Assembly: GCF_004010195.1 (NCBI RefSeq)
Contig: NC_057718.1
Span: forward strand, 3,570,203 to 3,634,202
DNA from: Chiloscyllium plagiosum
Taxonomy: Eukaryota
DNA length: 64,000 nt
Reading direction: 5' to 3'
Made by a program: the position numbers and the translations under genes. How positions within the stretch are numbered: the first letter of the stretch is position 1; each line of letters starts with the position of its first letter. Shown here in pieces: positions 50,101 to 61,565 of this stretch. The notes under the pieces were generated by a model. The model made no database searches and was not told the DNA's origin. It saw only the letters and a list, made by a program, of their open reading frames with translations.

Positions 50101-50634
50101 GGTTATGATCAGTTTGGTTTGGTACAGAGATGAAAAGGATTTTGAAAGGCCTTTTGTTTATTTGTGAACAAATGAGACCTCAGCCAAAGTGGTCATGTTT
50201 TAGAAGTGACCTGTATAATGAAAGGGGAGTGGTCATCTCTCTAGCTGAGCGGTTTAATTTAGTCCTGAACTGGTTGCGGGTTCAACAGTCTGCTGTGAGG
50301 AAATTCTCTCTCTTCTTCTGCCCTTCAACGTCAACCTGTAAGCATGTATTCCATTTATACTGATTTTTAAAGGGAGTTATTGGGACTGTTGTGTATATTT
50401 GGAACAGCATACTTAAGTCTAGTTTGGATACATTGAGTTCTGTAAGGGTTCTTTATTCTGTTCTTTGTGTTTCATTGTATAATTTTGTGAATAAATTATT
50501 GTCTGTTTTACAATCTAGCAGTCAACCTCGTTAATTTACTCCAGGTAATTTTCATTTACTGAAACACATTGTGAAGTTATGGTCTGGGCTGCCTGCTTAA
50601 GACTGTTTTGAGTGGTCTAGCCTAGTCCATAACG
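47182..50634 (+). mobile_element. Gmr1-type LTR retrotransposon (protease-integrase-RT order), internally deleted, nested
   Basis: Partial 5' LTR from tgtcacaaa (47182), DTGSSQS protease 47339, integrase 47890-48900 (HELPLGGH, ESQGAPERWH), RT 49168-49800 (FKQHPY, VPKPD, CVDYHKVN, LDLLRG), PPT and 3' LTR ~50008-50634, TSD ctga (47178-47181 and 50635-50638). Confidence 0.9.
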
Positions 50635-51343
50635 CTGACCGTCTGTCTGTTCAAGTTTTTCCTGCACCATAACATCAAACAGGGTGTACTCTCAGTGAAC
50701 CTCAACTCTTTCATCTTTCTCTTTACTTTCTATTTCATGCTGTGACTTATGATAGTGGGATCTGGTTACCACACAGTCTGCGAAAATATCAGGATATTTC
50801 TGTTTTAACTCCTCAGTGTCTTGGTCCTCCTTGGGCTTCTCCACAACAACGGGTGTTGCTCCCACCTTGGATCCTGCCAAATCATTCCTAAGAACAAACT
50901 GAATTTCTGGAACTGACGCTCTGTCAATCATTACTACTATAACTTCCCCAGTCTTAAGATGGCACTCCAACCTGATCTTACATAGGGGAATGCTAAATCT
51001 CTGTCCATCTATCCTACAAATTTCCATACTCTCAGGTAACAGATCAGGAAGAGTGTATCTTCACTAATGTTTTACTATCAGCGACTGGTTAGATCCTGCA
51101 TCTCTCAAAATTATACCATTTTGCCCTTCTTCCCTGTTCTTTCTAAGTAAACTTTACCCACAGAGGCAAATTCTTTATGGACATCAGGAACTAACTCCAT
51201 ACCCAGCCCCGGCCTAGGCTGTGCACTCTCCTGCAGCTCCTCGGCTCTTCTTGAGGTGTCCTTTACTAATTTCACTAAGGCCACTGGCTTAGCTTCCTTT
51301 ACCGCATCTTTTCCCACATTGCCTTTCTTTAACAACCTGATTC

Positions 51344-51371
51344 CTGATGAAGGGCTTTTGCCCGAAATGTC
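51344..51371 (+). ncRNA. Hammerhead core in a Penelope-derived insert (copy also at ~54453-54482, minus)
   Basis: CUGAUGA-aGGGCuuuuGCCC-GAAAUGUC (CpG-decayed ACGU). Confidence 0.5.
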
Positions 51372-52519
51372 GACTTTCCTGCTCTTCGGATGCTGCCTGA
51401 ACTGCTTTGCTTTTCCAGCACCACTCTAATCTTGAGTCTGGTTTCCAGCATCTGCAACCCTTGTTTTTACCTTCCTTTAACGACTAGCACTGTGACTTTA
51501 CGTGTCCCACCTAACCACAGTGGAAACACCTGAGACCTTTCACCTCCTTTCCACCCTCTTGGGCTTCTTTTTTATCCTGTGGCAAATTCTTACCTGTGCT
51601 CTCTACTCTTGGTTTCGTAGTGTAGGATCTCCCCTTCTCCCAACTTCTATTGCTCACAGGATGAAATTCTGGCTGGAAACTTGTCTTATGCACCAATATG
51701 TACTCATCTGCTAATTCTGCTACCCTTCTCACTTTCTGAACTTTCTGTTCCTCCATGTGAATTCTTACAATCTCTGGAAGTGAGTTTTAGAGCCTCAAAG
51801 ATCTTATCTATTTTCAAAGCATGCTCCCATTGATCAAAATGACTATGTTTAATTCTTTCAAACTCAGCATAAGTCTGACCTGGTTCCTTCTTTATGTTTC
51901 CAAACCGCTGTCTTTATGCTTCTGGTACCAATTCACAAGCAATTAAAATAACCTATTTCACCTCTTCATAATCTCTTGTTCCCTCATCTGACAGCACAGC
52001 AAATACCTCACGAGCTCTGCTTACCAGTTTAGTTTGAGCTAACATGACCCAAATATCCTCGGACCACTCCATCTGCCTAGCCAATGTTTCAAATGAAATA
52101 AAGAAAGCTTCAACATCTTTCTCTTCAAAATGTGGCAGTTTTGACATATTTATATGCATAAACCACTACTTTCTATTTTAATCTCCATCCTGTTAACTTG
52201 ACTTTGCTGATTAAGTCGCAATTCTCAAGTTCAAATCTCCCTCTTTCTCTCTCTCTTTTCCTCACCCTTTCTTCTTTCTCTCTTTGCTCAGCTAAGAACC
52301 TTCTCTCTCTCTTTTCTCTCTCTCTCCCTCTCTTCTCTCTTTCTCTCTTCCTCTTTCTTTCCTCTCTTGCTCTTTGTTTATCTTCTAACTCCATTTTCCT
52401 CAATTGTAATTCGAGTTTTTCTACCTCGACTGCACTTGTCTGTTTCTCTGAAACACCTAAGTGTTGAGTAACTCCTTTACAATTTCAGCTTTACTTTTGT
52501 GAAATATATACATATAAAT

Positions 52520-53730
52520 GACAAGGTTGAAAATGTAGATGGGTAGTTTAGTAAGGTTACAGATGATACAAAGATCTGCAGTTATGGATTGTCAAAGGAT
52601 ACAGTGGGTTATCGATCAATTGCAGAAAAAGTCAGAGAAATGGCCGATGGAGTTTAATCCGTGTAAGTGTGAGGTGCTGCACTTTAGGAGATCAAATGTT
52701 CAGAAAAATTATACAATTAATGGCAAGTCCCTGAATAGCATTGATGTACAGAGGGATCTTGGATTTCAAGTTCATAGCTCCCTGAAAGTGGTCATGCACA
52801 CAGAGGGTGGTAAAGAAGGTGTATGTAATTCTTGCCATTATTGGTTCGAGCATTGAGTACAAGAGTCAAGATGTCCTGTTGCAGCTTTTTAAGAGTTTGA
52901 TTTGGCCACACTTCAATTCTGGTTGGCACATTATAGGTATGGAGGATTTGGAGTAGGTGCAGAAGAGTTTTACCAGGTTTGCCCTGCTTGATTTAGAGAG
53001 CATAAGCTTGCATTGGCCAGGAGCAGCTGGTAAAGAGGTTAAGATTTTAAGAGATACAGGACCTTCTCAATCTGTGATGCTGAAAGGTGAGGATATATGT
53101 ACTTCTGTAGGACTGTTGCCAGAATAGGTGCGAGCACCAGGAATTCAAGATGAGAGAAGTGCTCAATTATGTAAAATGAGCTTAGATTGCCCAGTGAAGA
53201 AAAGAAAAGTCATGGTCGGAGTACTGGACAAACTCGCAGCTCTCGGAATACAATCTGTCCTTGCTAATGATATAGCTAGTTCACAGGTAGACATTCTGCC
53301 TATGGTGATTGGACAGCCAGTAGAAACTCAGGCAACTGAACGACTGCAGGACACATATCCTGGGATTTTTCCTGACTGTGTGGAAATGAGGTCACAAAGT
53401 CACCAGAAGAAAAATAGAGAGCAAAGCGTACTAATAAGAAAGTTGAAGTGGACTTAGCAGGTACCCTGTCTGTTCAGATGGTTGAGACAAACCAGGAACA
53501 GATAGATGACAAAGCAGACATCTTTAGCTCAGATAAATTAACTGAGGTACTGTAGAAAGATGAAGAATTACAGCAATTGTATCAAAAGGCATACACAGAA
53601 AAAGAATCTAAATGTATCCCTGAATGTTATTAACTGAAAGAAATGCATTTAACGAGGATATGGAGACCATCATATGTCCAGGCAGATGAAAAATGGGCAG
53701 AGGTTCCTCAAGTTGTTTTGCCAGTGGGTT
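52520..53730 (+). mobile_element. CR1 3' fragment (52520-52980) joined to a Gmr1-type protease fragment (53010-53730)
   Basis: ORF 52539-52856 (KW.MEFN..KCEVLHF); ILRDTGPSQSV and SVLANDIA motifs. Confidence 0.75.
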
Positions 53731-54264
53731 ATCTGACCTGGTCCATAACAAGCAGGACCTCTGACATTCGTGTTCTTATCTGTCAGCCAGGGCTCCCTGA
53801 CTGGAATAGGTTAAACAGCCCCAATCAGGGAACTCATGTTCTATGACATCTATCTGGCTGACCACATTACAGTAACTACAAAGAAACAATGATATATTCC
53901 AAGACAGGATAATGAGTGATTTGGAGGGAAACTTGCAGTGGGTAGCATTCTTATATATCTGCTGCCCTTGTCCTTCTCAATGGCAGTGAAGATGAGTTTT
54001 GAACCTGCAGCAGAAAAAAATGGTGCCTCCAAAATGTTGATCAGATTCTGACAAGAGTTGAGAAATATTATTTAACACACTTTTTATTTAATCATTTCTG
54101 TTTATTGACTATTTTTATCTGAATTAGTCACAGATGCATCTCAATTGTTCAGTGTGTTTGCAGACAGAATGGAGGTGTTCTGAGAAGTGGTCACCTAGTC
54201 TGTGTTTCATTTCCCAAATGAAGAGGAGACTACATTGTGAGCAGTGAATACAGTTTGTCTCATC

Positions 54265-54565
54265 ACAGAGGGTGGAAAGGAGGTGAAAGGTCTCAGGTGT
54301 TTCCACTGTGGTTAGGCGGGACACGTAAAGTCACAGTGCTAGTCGTTAAAGAAAGGTAAAAACAAGGACTGCAGATGCTGGAAACCAGACTCAAGATTAG
54401 AGTGGTGCTGGAAAAGCACAGCAGTTCAGGCAGCATCCGAGAAGCAGGAAAGTCGACATTTCGGGCAAAAGCCCTTCATCAGGAATCAGGTTGTTAAAGA
54501 AAGGCAATGTGGGGAAAGATACGTAAAGGAAGCTAAGCCAGTGGCCTTAGTGAAATTAGTAAAGG
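54265..54565 (+). repeat. Near-identical inverted copy of ~51260-51560
   Basis: Same gag knuckle segment and same Penelope-type insert with the flanking duplication gttaaag(a/g)aagg. Confidence 0.9.
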
Positions 54566-57440
54566 AGAATGTGTTAAATTCCTCTGGTAAAGAGAAAGCA
54601 GAGAGCTCAATATAAATATCGAACAATTCTCAGCTTTTACTCACAGATTGAATCAACTTTTTCTCCTCTTGGACCGGTTCCTCAATCTCAAACTCTTTCT
54701 CTTCTCTCTGCCTTTCTGCTTCACCATCTCGTTTGTTCTCAGTAATGCATTTAACATTCTCTTGTCTCTGTCTGGTTTTGTTTCATTCATAATTGGCATG
54801 GGTTCATCACTGGCTGGGCTGGTACTTGTTCATTGTGAATGGCCCTTGAGAAGAAATGGCTTCTCTGCTACAGGAAGCAGCTGAGGACAAAACATTGAAT
54901 GTTTTCAAGGAAGATTTCGATATAGTTCTGAGGGCTAAAGAGTTCAAAGGGTAAGGGGAGAACGTGGGAACAAGGGACTGAGTTGGATGATCAGCCATGA
55001 TTATGTTGAAATGCAGTGCAGACACAATGGGCTGAATGACCTCATCCTGGTCCTAGTTTGAATGTTTTGAGAAGGTGATGGTGATCTGCCTTCCTGAGCT
55101 GTTGTGATTCCCTTGGTGTTGTGACATCTGATCCACTGACACTGAAGGAACGATGATGTAGTGTGATCTCATGTAAAAGTCGACCCCCTATTTTTCATCC
55201 AAAAGTCTGGAATTTTCCATATATCTCATGTAAAACTCCACCCTGGTTCTTCACAGTTAACAGATCAACATTTATGAGCCAGTGTGCCTGCCCGTTACAC
55301 TCCACTCCAGCTTTCCAGTCTGCTGGCTATGCCATTCCGTTCTGGGCTTTCCAGTCCACCAGCCGCCACGCTTCAATCAGATTTTCCGAATTACTGTAAT
55401 TCTTGAGTTTTTTTCTTTATTCTTTTGGACGTTAATTTTTCTTCTGCCAACTATATGGTATGAATTTTGAAGGACATGAATTTCAGCCCCTCAAATGTAG
55501 TATCCCTGTAATAGTCAATCCCATAAATTTAACCATAAAAAGTAGTCAAAAAAATTCAACTGATACATGAGTATATCTGGTATGTATAGTCCTACATGCA
55601 CTTTATGGTACTGGGAACTGAAATATGGTACGACAGTACCATTCTTCTATAGCAGGCAGAATGGAGACAGTTATTTTGTAGATAAATATTCAATAATGGC
55701 TATAATTCCTTTTTCGTTTTGTTGTATATTATTTTATAAAGCGATCTGGCTCTTGTTTGTCCATTTTTTGACTCATACTAAGCATGAATTTCATCCACTC
55801 AAACGCAATACTCGTGGAATAGTCAGCCCCCTAATTTCAACTTTAAAAAATTGTATAAAATGTTCCATGTTTACACAAGTTCTATATGGTATTTCCAAGT
55901 CAGGATAGTGAGTGCCCAGGAGGGGAACCTGAAAGAGATGTTGTCCCATGTACCCGCTGCCTTTGTCCTTTTAGATGGGAGAGGTTGTGTGTTCAGAAAC
56001 TGCTGTTGGAGAAGCTTTGCTGAGTTACTGAATGGCAACTTGTGGATAGTACCCACTGTCCATGAGTGTAAAAGGGAGTGAATGTTGAAGGTGTTAGTTG
56101 TTGTGCCATCCAGTGGGCTGCTTTGTCGTGGATGGCATATAGCTTCTTGAGTGTTGTTGGAGCTGCACCCATCCAGGCAAGTTGTTCCACCATCCTCCTG
56201 ATTTCTGCTTTGTTGATAGATGGTAGGCAGGCTGTGGGAGGCAGAGTGTGAGCTACTCACCTTGGCCTGCTCTTGTAGACACTATTTATTACATTGTTCC
56301 AGTTAATAGATGAGTCAATGGGAACTCCCAGGATGTAGTTCATCAGGGAATTGTCTTCCATTTTTCTGATGGGATGTGGGCATCGCTGGCAAGGCCAGCA
56401 TTTGTTCCTCATCCCTTATTGCCCTCAAACTGTGTCACTTGCCTGTTCATTTCAGAGGGCAGTAAGAACAAACCACATTGCTGTGGGTCTGGAGTCACAT
56501 GTGGGCCAGACCAGGAAAGGACGGCAGATTTCCTTCCCTGAAAGACATTAGTTAACCAGATGGGTTTTTACAACAATTGATGGGAACATCAGGAATTAAG
56601 GTGATATGTTTCCAGCTCTCAGTTAGCCTGGAATTGTTGTGTATTACTGTGTTACAACTCTTTTGTGAGCAAATTCAATAAAGAAGCAAACAGTTGGTGC
56701 CTTGTTTGGAGACGCTGTTGCCAATGAGAGGTCTGGGTCGCAAAAAGGGTGACTCCGTAATTATCTAACGCTGTGTTCACACAGAGAAGGGTTCAGTGCC
56801 AAGGCTGCACATAGGAGCTCAACATTAATCCATCAGCCTGTATTTATCTTTAATTTGAGAATTTAACAGAATACAAAAGGATTTATTTAATTGAAATTTG
56901 CTGTATTTCACAGACATTTGCTCCCATGAGTCAGTTCCACATTAAAACTGGATATGTTTCTCAGCGTCATTTAAACTAAAGATTAAACAGGGCTCATTAA
57001 GATGTGAGTAATTTATCCGGGAAATTTCAAACTCTCAGCTCTCGAGTCTTTGGGCCGTCATTTCCCACAACCCCCTGAAGCTCCTGTTCTGCACAATGAC
57101 ACTCCCATCTCTACCTCTGATGTCCTTGCCTTGAGTTAAACCCTTCCTCACCCCCACCCTGGTTACTCCCCTTCTTATGACCCTCATTCATTCCCTTAGT
57201 CCAAGAGACACAGACAGTGGCACATAGGAATAGGAGTAGATTCAGCCCATCCAGTCTGCACCGACTCTTCAAATGAGCAGCATTCCTGACTGCCAATGTC
57301 CTGCTCTCTCCCTACACCCTGCACACTGTTTGGATACAGAATTGGATGGAGCAATAGTGAATCAGAGAGGGTGTGCTCAGGGACCACCCATTGCAGGCTG
57401 TTTGAAACTTTCAGCTTTTTTCTTTCAGTTTTCAGTGAGA

Positions 57441-57486
57441 ATGAAACTTTTTAAATGGCTGCTGAATCTCTTTCAATCAGTCAGCC
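57441..57486 (+). CDS. Putative leader exon of unit C
   Basis: MKLFKWLLNLFQSVS C|gtgagc, 46 nt, phase 1, 235-bp intron to exon 57722 giving ..SVSHPLA/DPVLIQ. Hydrophobicity only moderate. Confidence 0.55.
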
Positions 57487-57721
57487 GTGAGCATTGTGAA
57501 ATTCTCCCCTTGATAGTTTATTCACAAAATGAATCACAGCAGCAAATTGGAAAGCATTCAGTGATTGATATGTTTCAAATCATTCCCCCTCAAATTGCAA
57601 ACAGCAATATCCACACAGGAAGCTTCAGTTTATCCTCTGCAAATTGACATTTAACCAAGAGGAGATTCCATAAAATGTTACAAATCCAGTTACATTATGT
57701 TTTTCTTTTCAATATGAGCAG

Positions 57722-58061
57722 ATCCATTGGCTGATCCAGTCCTTATTCAGGATCAAGTGGTCAGCAAGGTAGCAGAGGGTGAAACTGTTGAGTTCCAGTG
57801 TGGCATGTACAATGCCAGTGTGATTGACACTGATGTCCACTGGCACTACCAGCAACCTGGCAGCAACAGGGAGTGGGTGATAAGCCACTTTGTGAATGGC
57901 ACCCTCACCAAGACCCAGGGTTTCCCCGATCTTGTTCAGCTTTCCAGGAACGTCAGCAGGAACAGTTACGTTCTGAGCCTTGTCAATATGACTCTCAATG
58001 ATACTGCTGTGTATAGTGTGGAGCTACATCTATGGAGCAGGGAGCCAGCTCATTGTAACTG
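57722..58061 (+). pseudogene. Divergent germline-joined VJ exon of unit C with an 8-nt deletion removing the second Cys
   Basis: cag|PLADPVLIQDQVVSKVAEGETVEFQCGMYNASVIDTDVHWHYQQPGSNREWVISH..NSYVLSLVNMTLNDTAVY / VWSYIYGAGSQLIVT G|gtaagt. 340 nt versus 348 expected from alignment to B1. Confidence 0.88.
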
Positions 58062-58599
58062 GTAAGTCAATGTGAGTGAACACTGGTGTGAACAGGGAAG
58101 GGAGCACCCGGCTGCTGTGCTTCATCAGTGGAAGGGCAGGTATTCCCAAGGCAGTATGAGGAGTGTCGTGGAGGAGAACTTGCAGGAGGTGGTCTTCCTA
58201 TGTATCTGCTGCCTTTGTCCTTCTAGATGGAGGAGGTCGTGGGTTTGGAAGGTGTGTCTGAGGATGTTTGTTGAATTTCTGCAGTGTATCTTATAGATAG
58301 TGCACAGCAGGGAGTCAGTGGTGGTGGGACTACATGCTTGTGACTGTGGTGACTAATACTGCCAGTTGCTTTGTCCTGGATGATGTTATGTTTCTTGAGT
58401 GTTTTTGGAGCTGCACTCATCCAGGCTTGTGGGGAGTATTCCATCACACTCCTGATTTGTCTCTTGTAGATTGTGGACAGGCTTTGGGGAGTCAGGAGGG
58501 AAGTTACTATGCTGGAGAAATCAAAATTAATGTTATTGACAATCTTAGAAATTACTCAGACTGAAGTGACTGTGTGTGTAACATTCTAATATATTACAG

Positions 58600-58750
58600 A
58601 AAAGTCTTCCTATGGTATTCCCTGGACTTCAGATTCCAATTTAATCATTGGCACCATTCTGGGCTTCGCTGTCTTGATCTGCATTGTCCTGCTCACATTT
58701 TTCCTTCAGAAACAAAAGCTGTGCTCATCAGTAAAGGACTCTACACAAGG
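58600..58750 (+). CDS. Transmembrane exon (type I membrane protein, uncharged TM)
   Basis: ttacag| phase 1: (E)KSSYGIPWTSDSN-LIIGTILGFAVLICIVLLTFFL-QKQKLCSSVKDSTQ GG|gtaaat (phase 2 donor; read-through gives GGG TAA). Confidence 0.8.
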
Positions 58751-59574
58751 GTAAATCCCATTTCATCTTGGGTTTGATTCTGTCACTGTAGTTATTGTTT
58801 TTGATATTGGGGGGTGATTAGCATTCCCACTGCAGCATACAGATCCATTGTAAATGGTGGGTCAGTGACTGTCGAGACCATGCCATACATCCAGATGCCC
58901 ATTCAATTCCAGTTTGCTCCATCTCTGCTATCACATGTCCTCCAGTGTTAGGTCACAGGTATCTGCTGGTGACAGTCAGAAAGCTTTAAATGTGTCAAGC
59001 ATTAGACATCACCTGCAGGATCCCCAGTATGTACTGGATCATTACCTACCGAACCCAGTGTCAGGGTCTGCACAGGTGCTTGGAACTCACTGGCAGCACA
59101 GTATCTCCTGCTGGGATGACCAAGTGAGTGTTCAATCACTCAGCCCAATAACCCATGCTGGCTTTTCACTTCCACATCAGCAAAAAGTCCAAATCACATT
59201 TTCCTGTCCTGCTCCCCCATCCATTCAATCCCCTTTATCCTCACACGCCTCTCCAATTGAATCCTGAATGTTGACATTGATCCTCCACCTGCCATTAATC
59301 TGGAGTGACACCTAAAGCCTCCCCACCCTCTGGGTTAAGGGATTTCCTGAGCGTCTGGACTCGATCTTTTCTGGTGTATTTTGTATCCATGATCCCTCAT
59401 TCTTCACCCCCTCAATAGTTGGTTTCCATCTCATTAATTGTCCCTATAAAGGATTTTAAATACATCGATTATGGACATAAAGCCTGGATTCTTCCAATGA
59501 TATAAAGACCTTCTGAAGTGTTTCGTTGCAATTCCATTTGCTGTACTGGGCAGCATCTCAGTGAGTTGTTGACC

Positions 59575-60115
59575 AAAAGGAATAAGAACAGGAGTAGGCC
59601 ATTTAATCCCTAAAGCCTGCTGTGCCATCCAAAAGGATAATGGTTGATCCAATATTCCTCTCATCCACTCTCCTGCTTTCCTCTATAACCCTTGAATCCC
59701 CAACTGATCAAGATTTCCATCTCAAAAGTTCAAAGACTCTGCCCCCACAGCTCTCTATGGCAAGAAGTTCCAAAGATTCACAATACTCTGAGAGAAGAAA
59801 TTCCTCCTCATCTCAGTCTTTAATTGCTGTCCCATTATTCTGAGACTATGTCCTCTGGTCCTAGACTCTCCCATAAGGGAAAACATTCTCTCAGCATTAA
59901 CTCTGTCAAGCCCCTTAAGAATCTTTAAAATGCAATCACCTCTCATTCCTCTCGTCCCCAGTGAGTAGAGTCCCAACTAGTTCAGCCTTTGCTCATAAGA
60001 CAATCCCTTCACACCAGGGATCATCCTTATCAACCTTTTCTGAATTGCCTTTATTAAATAATATCTTTTATTAAAAATGGCAATCCTGTTGACTGTACTT
60101 CAGATATGGAGGTCA
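59575..60115 (-). mobile_element. CR1-type 3' end fragment
   Basis: ORF 59755-59976 (GLYSL..RGD..KILKGLDRV..RNFFSQ..VNLWN). Confidence 0.8.
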
Positions 60116-61478
60116 CTATCTCAGTCTTCACAGCTTCATAACCTTAAAGAGGAGAGCTCTGTCAGTGTCTGGAGGCTGATGGAATGTTCACTTTGAGTAA
60201 AGGATACATATACCCAGAGGATCTTAACTAACATTCAAAAGATAAAGAATATTCACTTGATGTTGAAATTATAAACGCTGACTTTGTGAAAATTGTTTGA
60301 ATCTAGCAATGAGTGTAAATCCAATGGGAATTTAGAGTATTATCCATCTATACAGAGCCCAGTGTAACACTGTATCCAGTTGAGTCTAGCTGCTGTTTAT
60401 CCATAATCCTCCAGCACAGGCTACAGAGTCCTCTTACTGAGAAAAGACACCCAAACTGAATTAAAATGTGGCATCCATATCAGTATCTGCTCTGTCTCCA
60501 AATATGGCAGTTATTTTCATATTCACCCGTGGAAATTAGGCATCAGTGGCTGGCCCCAGCGTTTATTCCCCTGGAGAAGGTGGTAGTGAGCTGCCTTCTT
60601 GAACCGCTGCAGTCCAGTGCACACGCTATATTTGTTGTGTTCCAACTGAAAGATTCAAGTCTCCGATCATCAGCTCCTAACATGAGCTGCAGGACGGGGT
60701 CTTGATTGGGAGCCAGAGACTCGTGATTTCACCTTGTCCCCAGTCCAAGCCTCTTTTGTCCATTCCTCCCTGCTGGAATATTCTTTCTGAACCTCTGGGA
60801 TAAGAGAGGTAAAAGTCAATTCCATCTCTAAACATTTTTCTAAATGATTGGTTTATTGATGTTAAAACACAAACAGCTTACACATGAATAGAGTTGAAAC
60901 TTATGTAAACCAGAAACTAACGTCCGCTATTTTTCTGAAAGCCTGAGGGTTAATCCTTCCTCACTCTCAATTTTTAGCTGGTTCTTCTTCCATTGTAGAG
61001 AAGTCGCTGGTAAATGATTGGGTTCATTGTTATTTTTCAATCTGTTCTGATTCCTCTCTTGGGCAGTTGGGACTTGAACCCAAATGACTGTCTCAGAGAG
61101 AAAGATACTGCCCCTTAAGAGAGAGAGACCCCTTAACAATCAAAGCTGGACTCAAACCAGAAACCTTCTGATCACATCACAAGCCAGAGCAAAGTCACAA
61201 ATCCGCTGATGGCTTGCTCCAGCTCCATTTGAACATTAGTGCAGCACATTTCTTGAAGAAATCTCTCCCTTCCACATTCGAAAACAACAACAACTTGGCC
61301 AAGTTTCCCAGCATGCCCTCTGTTTTGGTCAAATTCTCTCCTTTGTTGTTCACATAAATTCTGCTCTTTTTAGAAAAAGATCCAAGCTTCTAGATTATCC
61401 TTTTCATCTTTAAACTGGTCTCGAAAGTCCATGGTGAAAAGTGTAAAATCCATCATCCCCGAGATTGTGAAGATGACA

Positions 61479-61555
61479 GTGTTGTTCTGTAGTAAATGTG
61501 CAATAAATCGAATGTGTTGTTCTGTAGTAAATGCGCAATAAATCGAATGTGTTGT
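61479..61555. repeat. 35-bp tandem duplication just upstream of a splice acceptor
   Basis: gtgttgttctgtagtaaatg(t/c)gcaataaatcgaat twice, plus a partial third copy. Confidence 0.9.
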
Positions 61556-61565
61556 ATTTATTTAG

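Larger units (their letters stand above)
45745..52500 (-). mobile_element. Gmr1-type LTR retrotransposon remnant (gag-protease-integrase), host of a nested element
   Basis: gag 51953-52159 (PHFEEKDVEAFF..FE), zinc knuckle RCFHCG ~51511, protease ~50700-51110, integrase 46231-46855 (MDVSTRFPEAIPL, PESQGTLERWH), G-rich PPT ~45951-45970. Confidence 0.82.

Noticed and set aside
60104-60160. 57-nt phase 2-2 candidate cytoplasmic exon (YGGHYLSL)
   Set aside because: The acceptor and first codons continue the adjacent CR1 remnant (ctgtacttcagatatgg), so it is likely fortuitous
60356-60460. tacag|EPSVTLYPVESSCCL as a C1/TRAC exon start
   Set aside because: No Trp, second Cys or donor in frame, and it stops after ~35 codons
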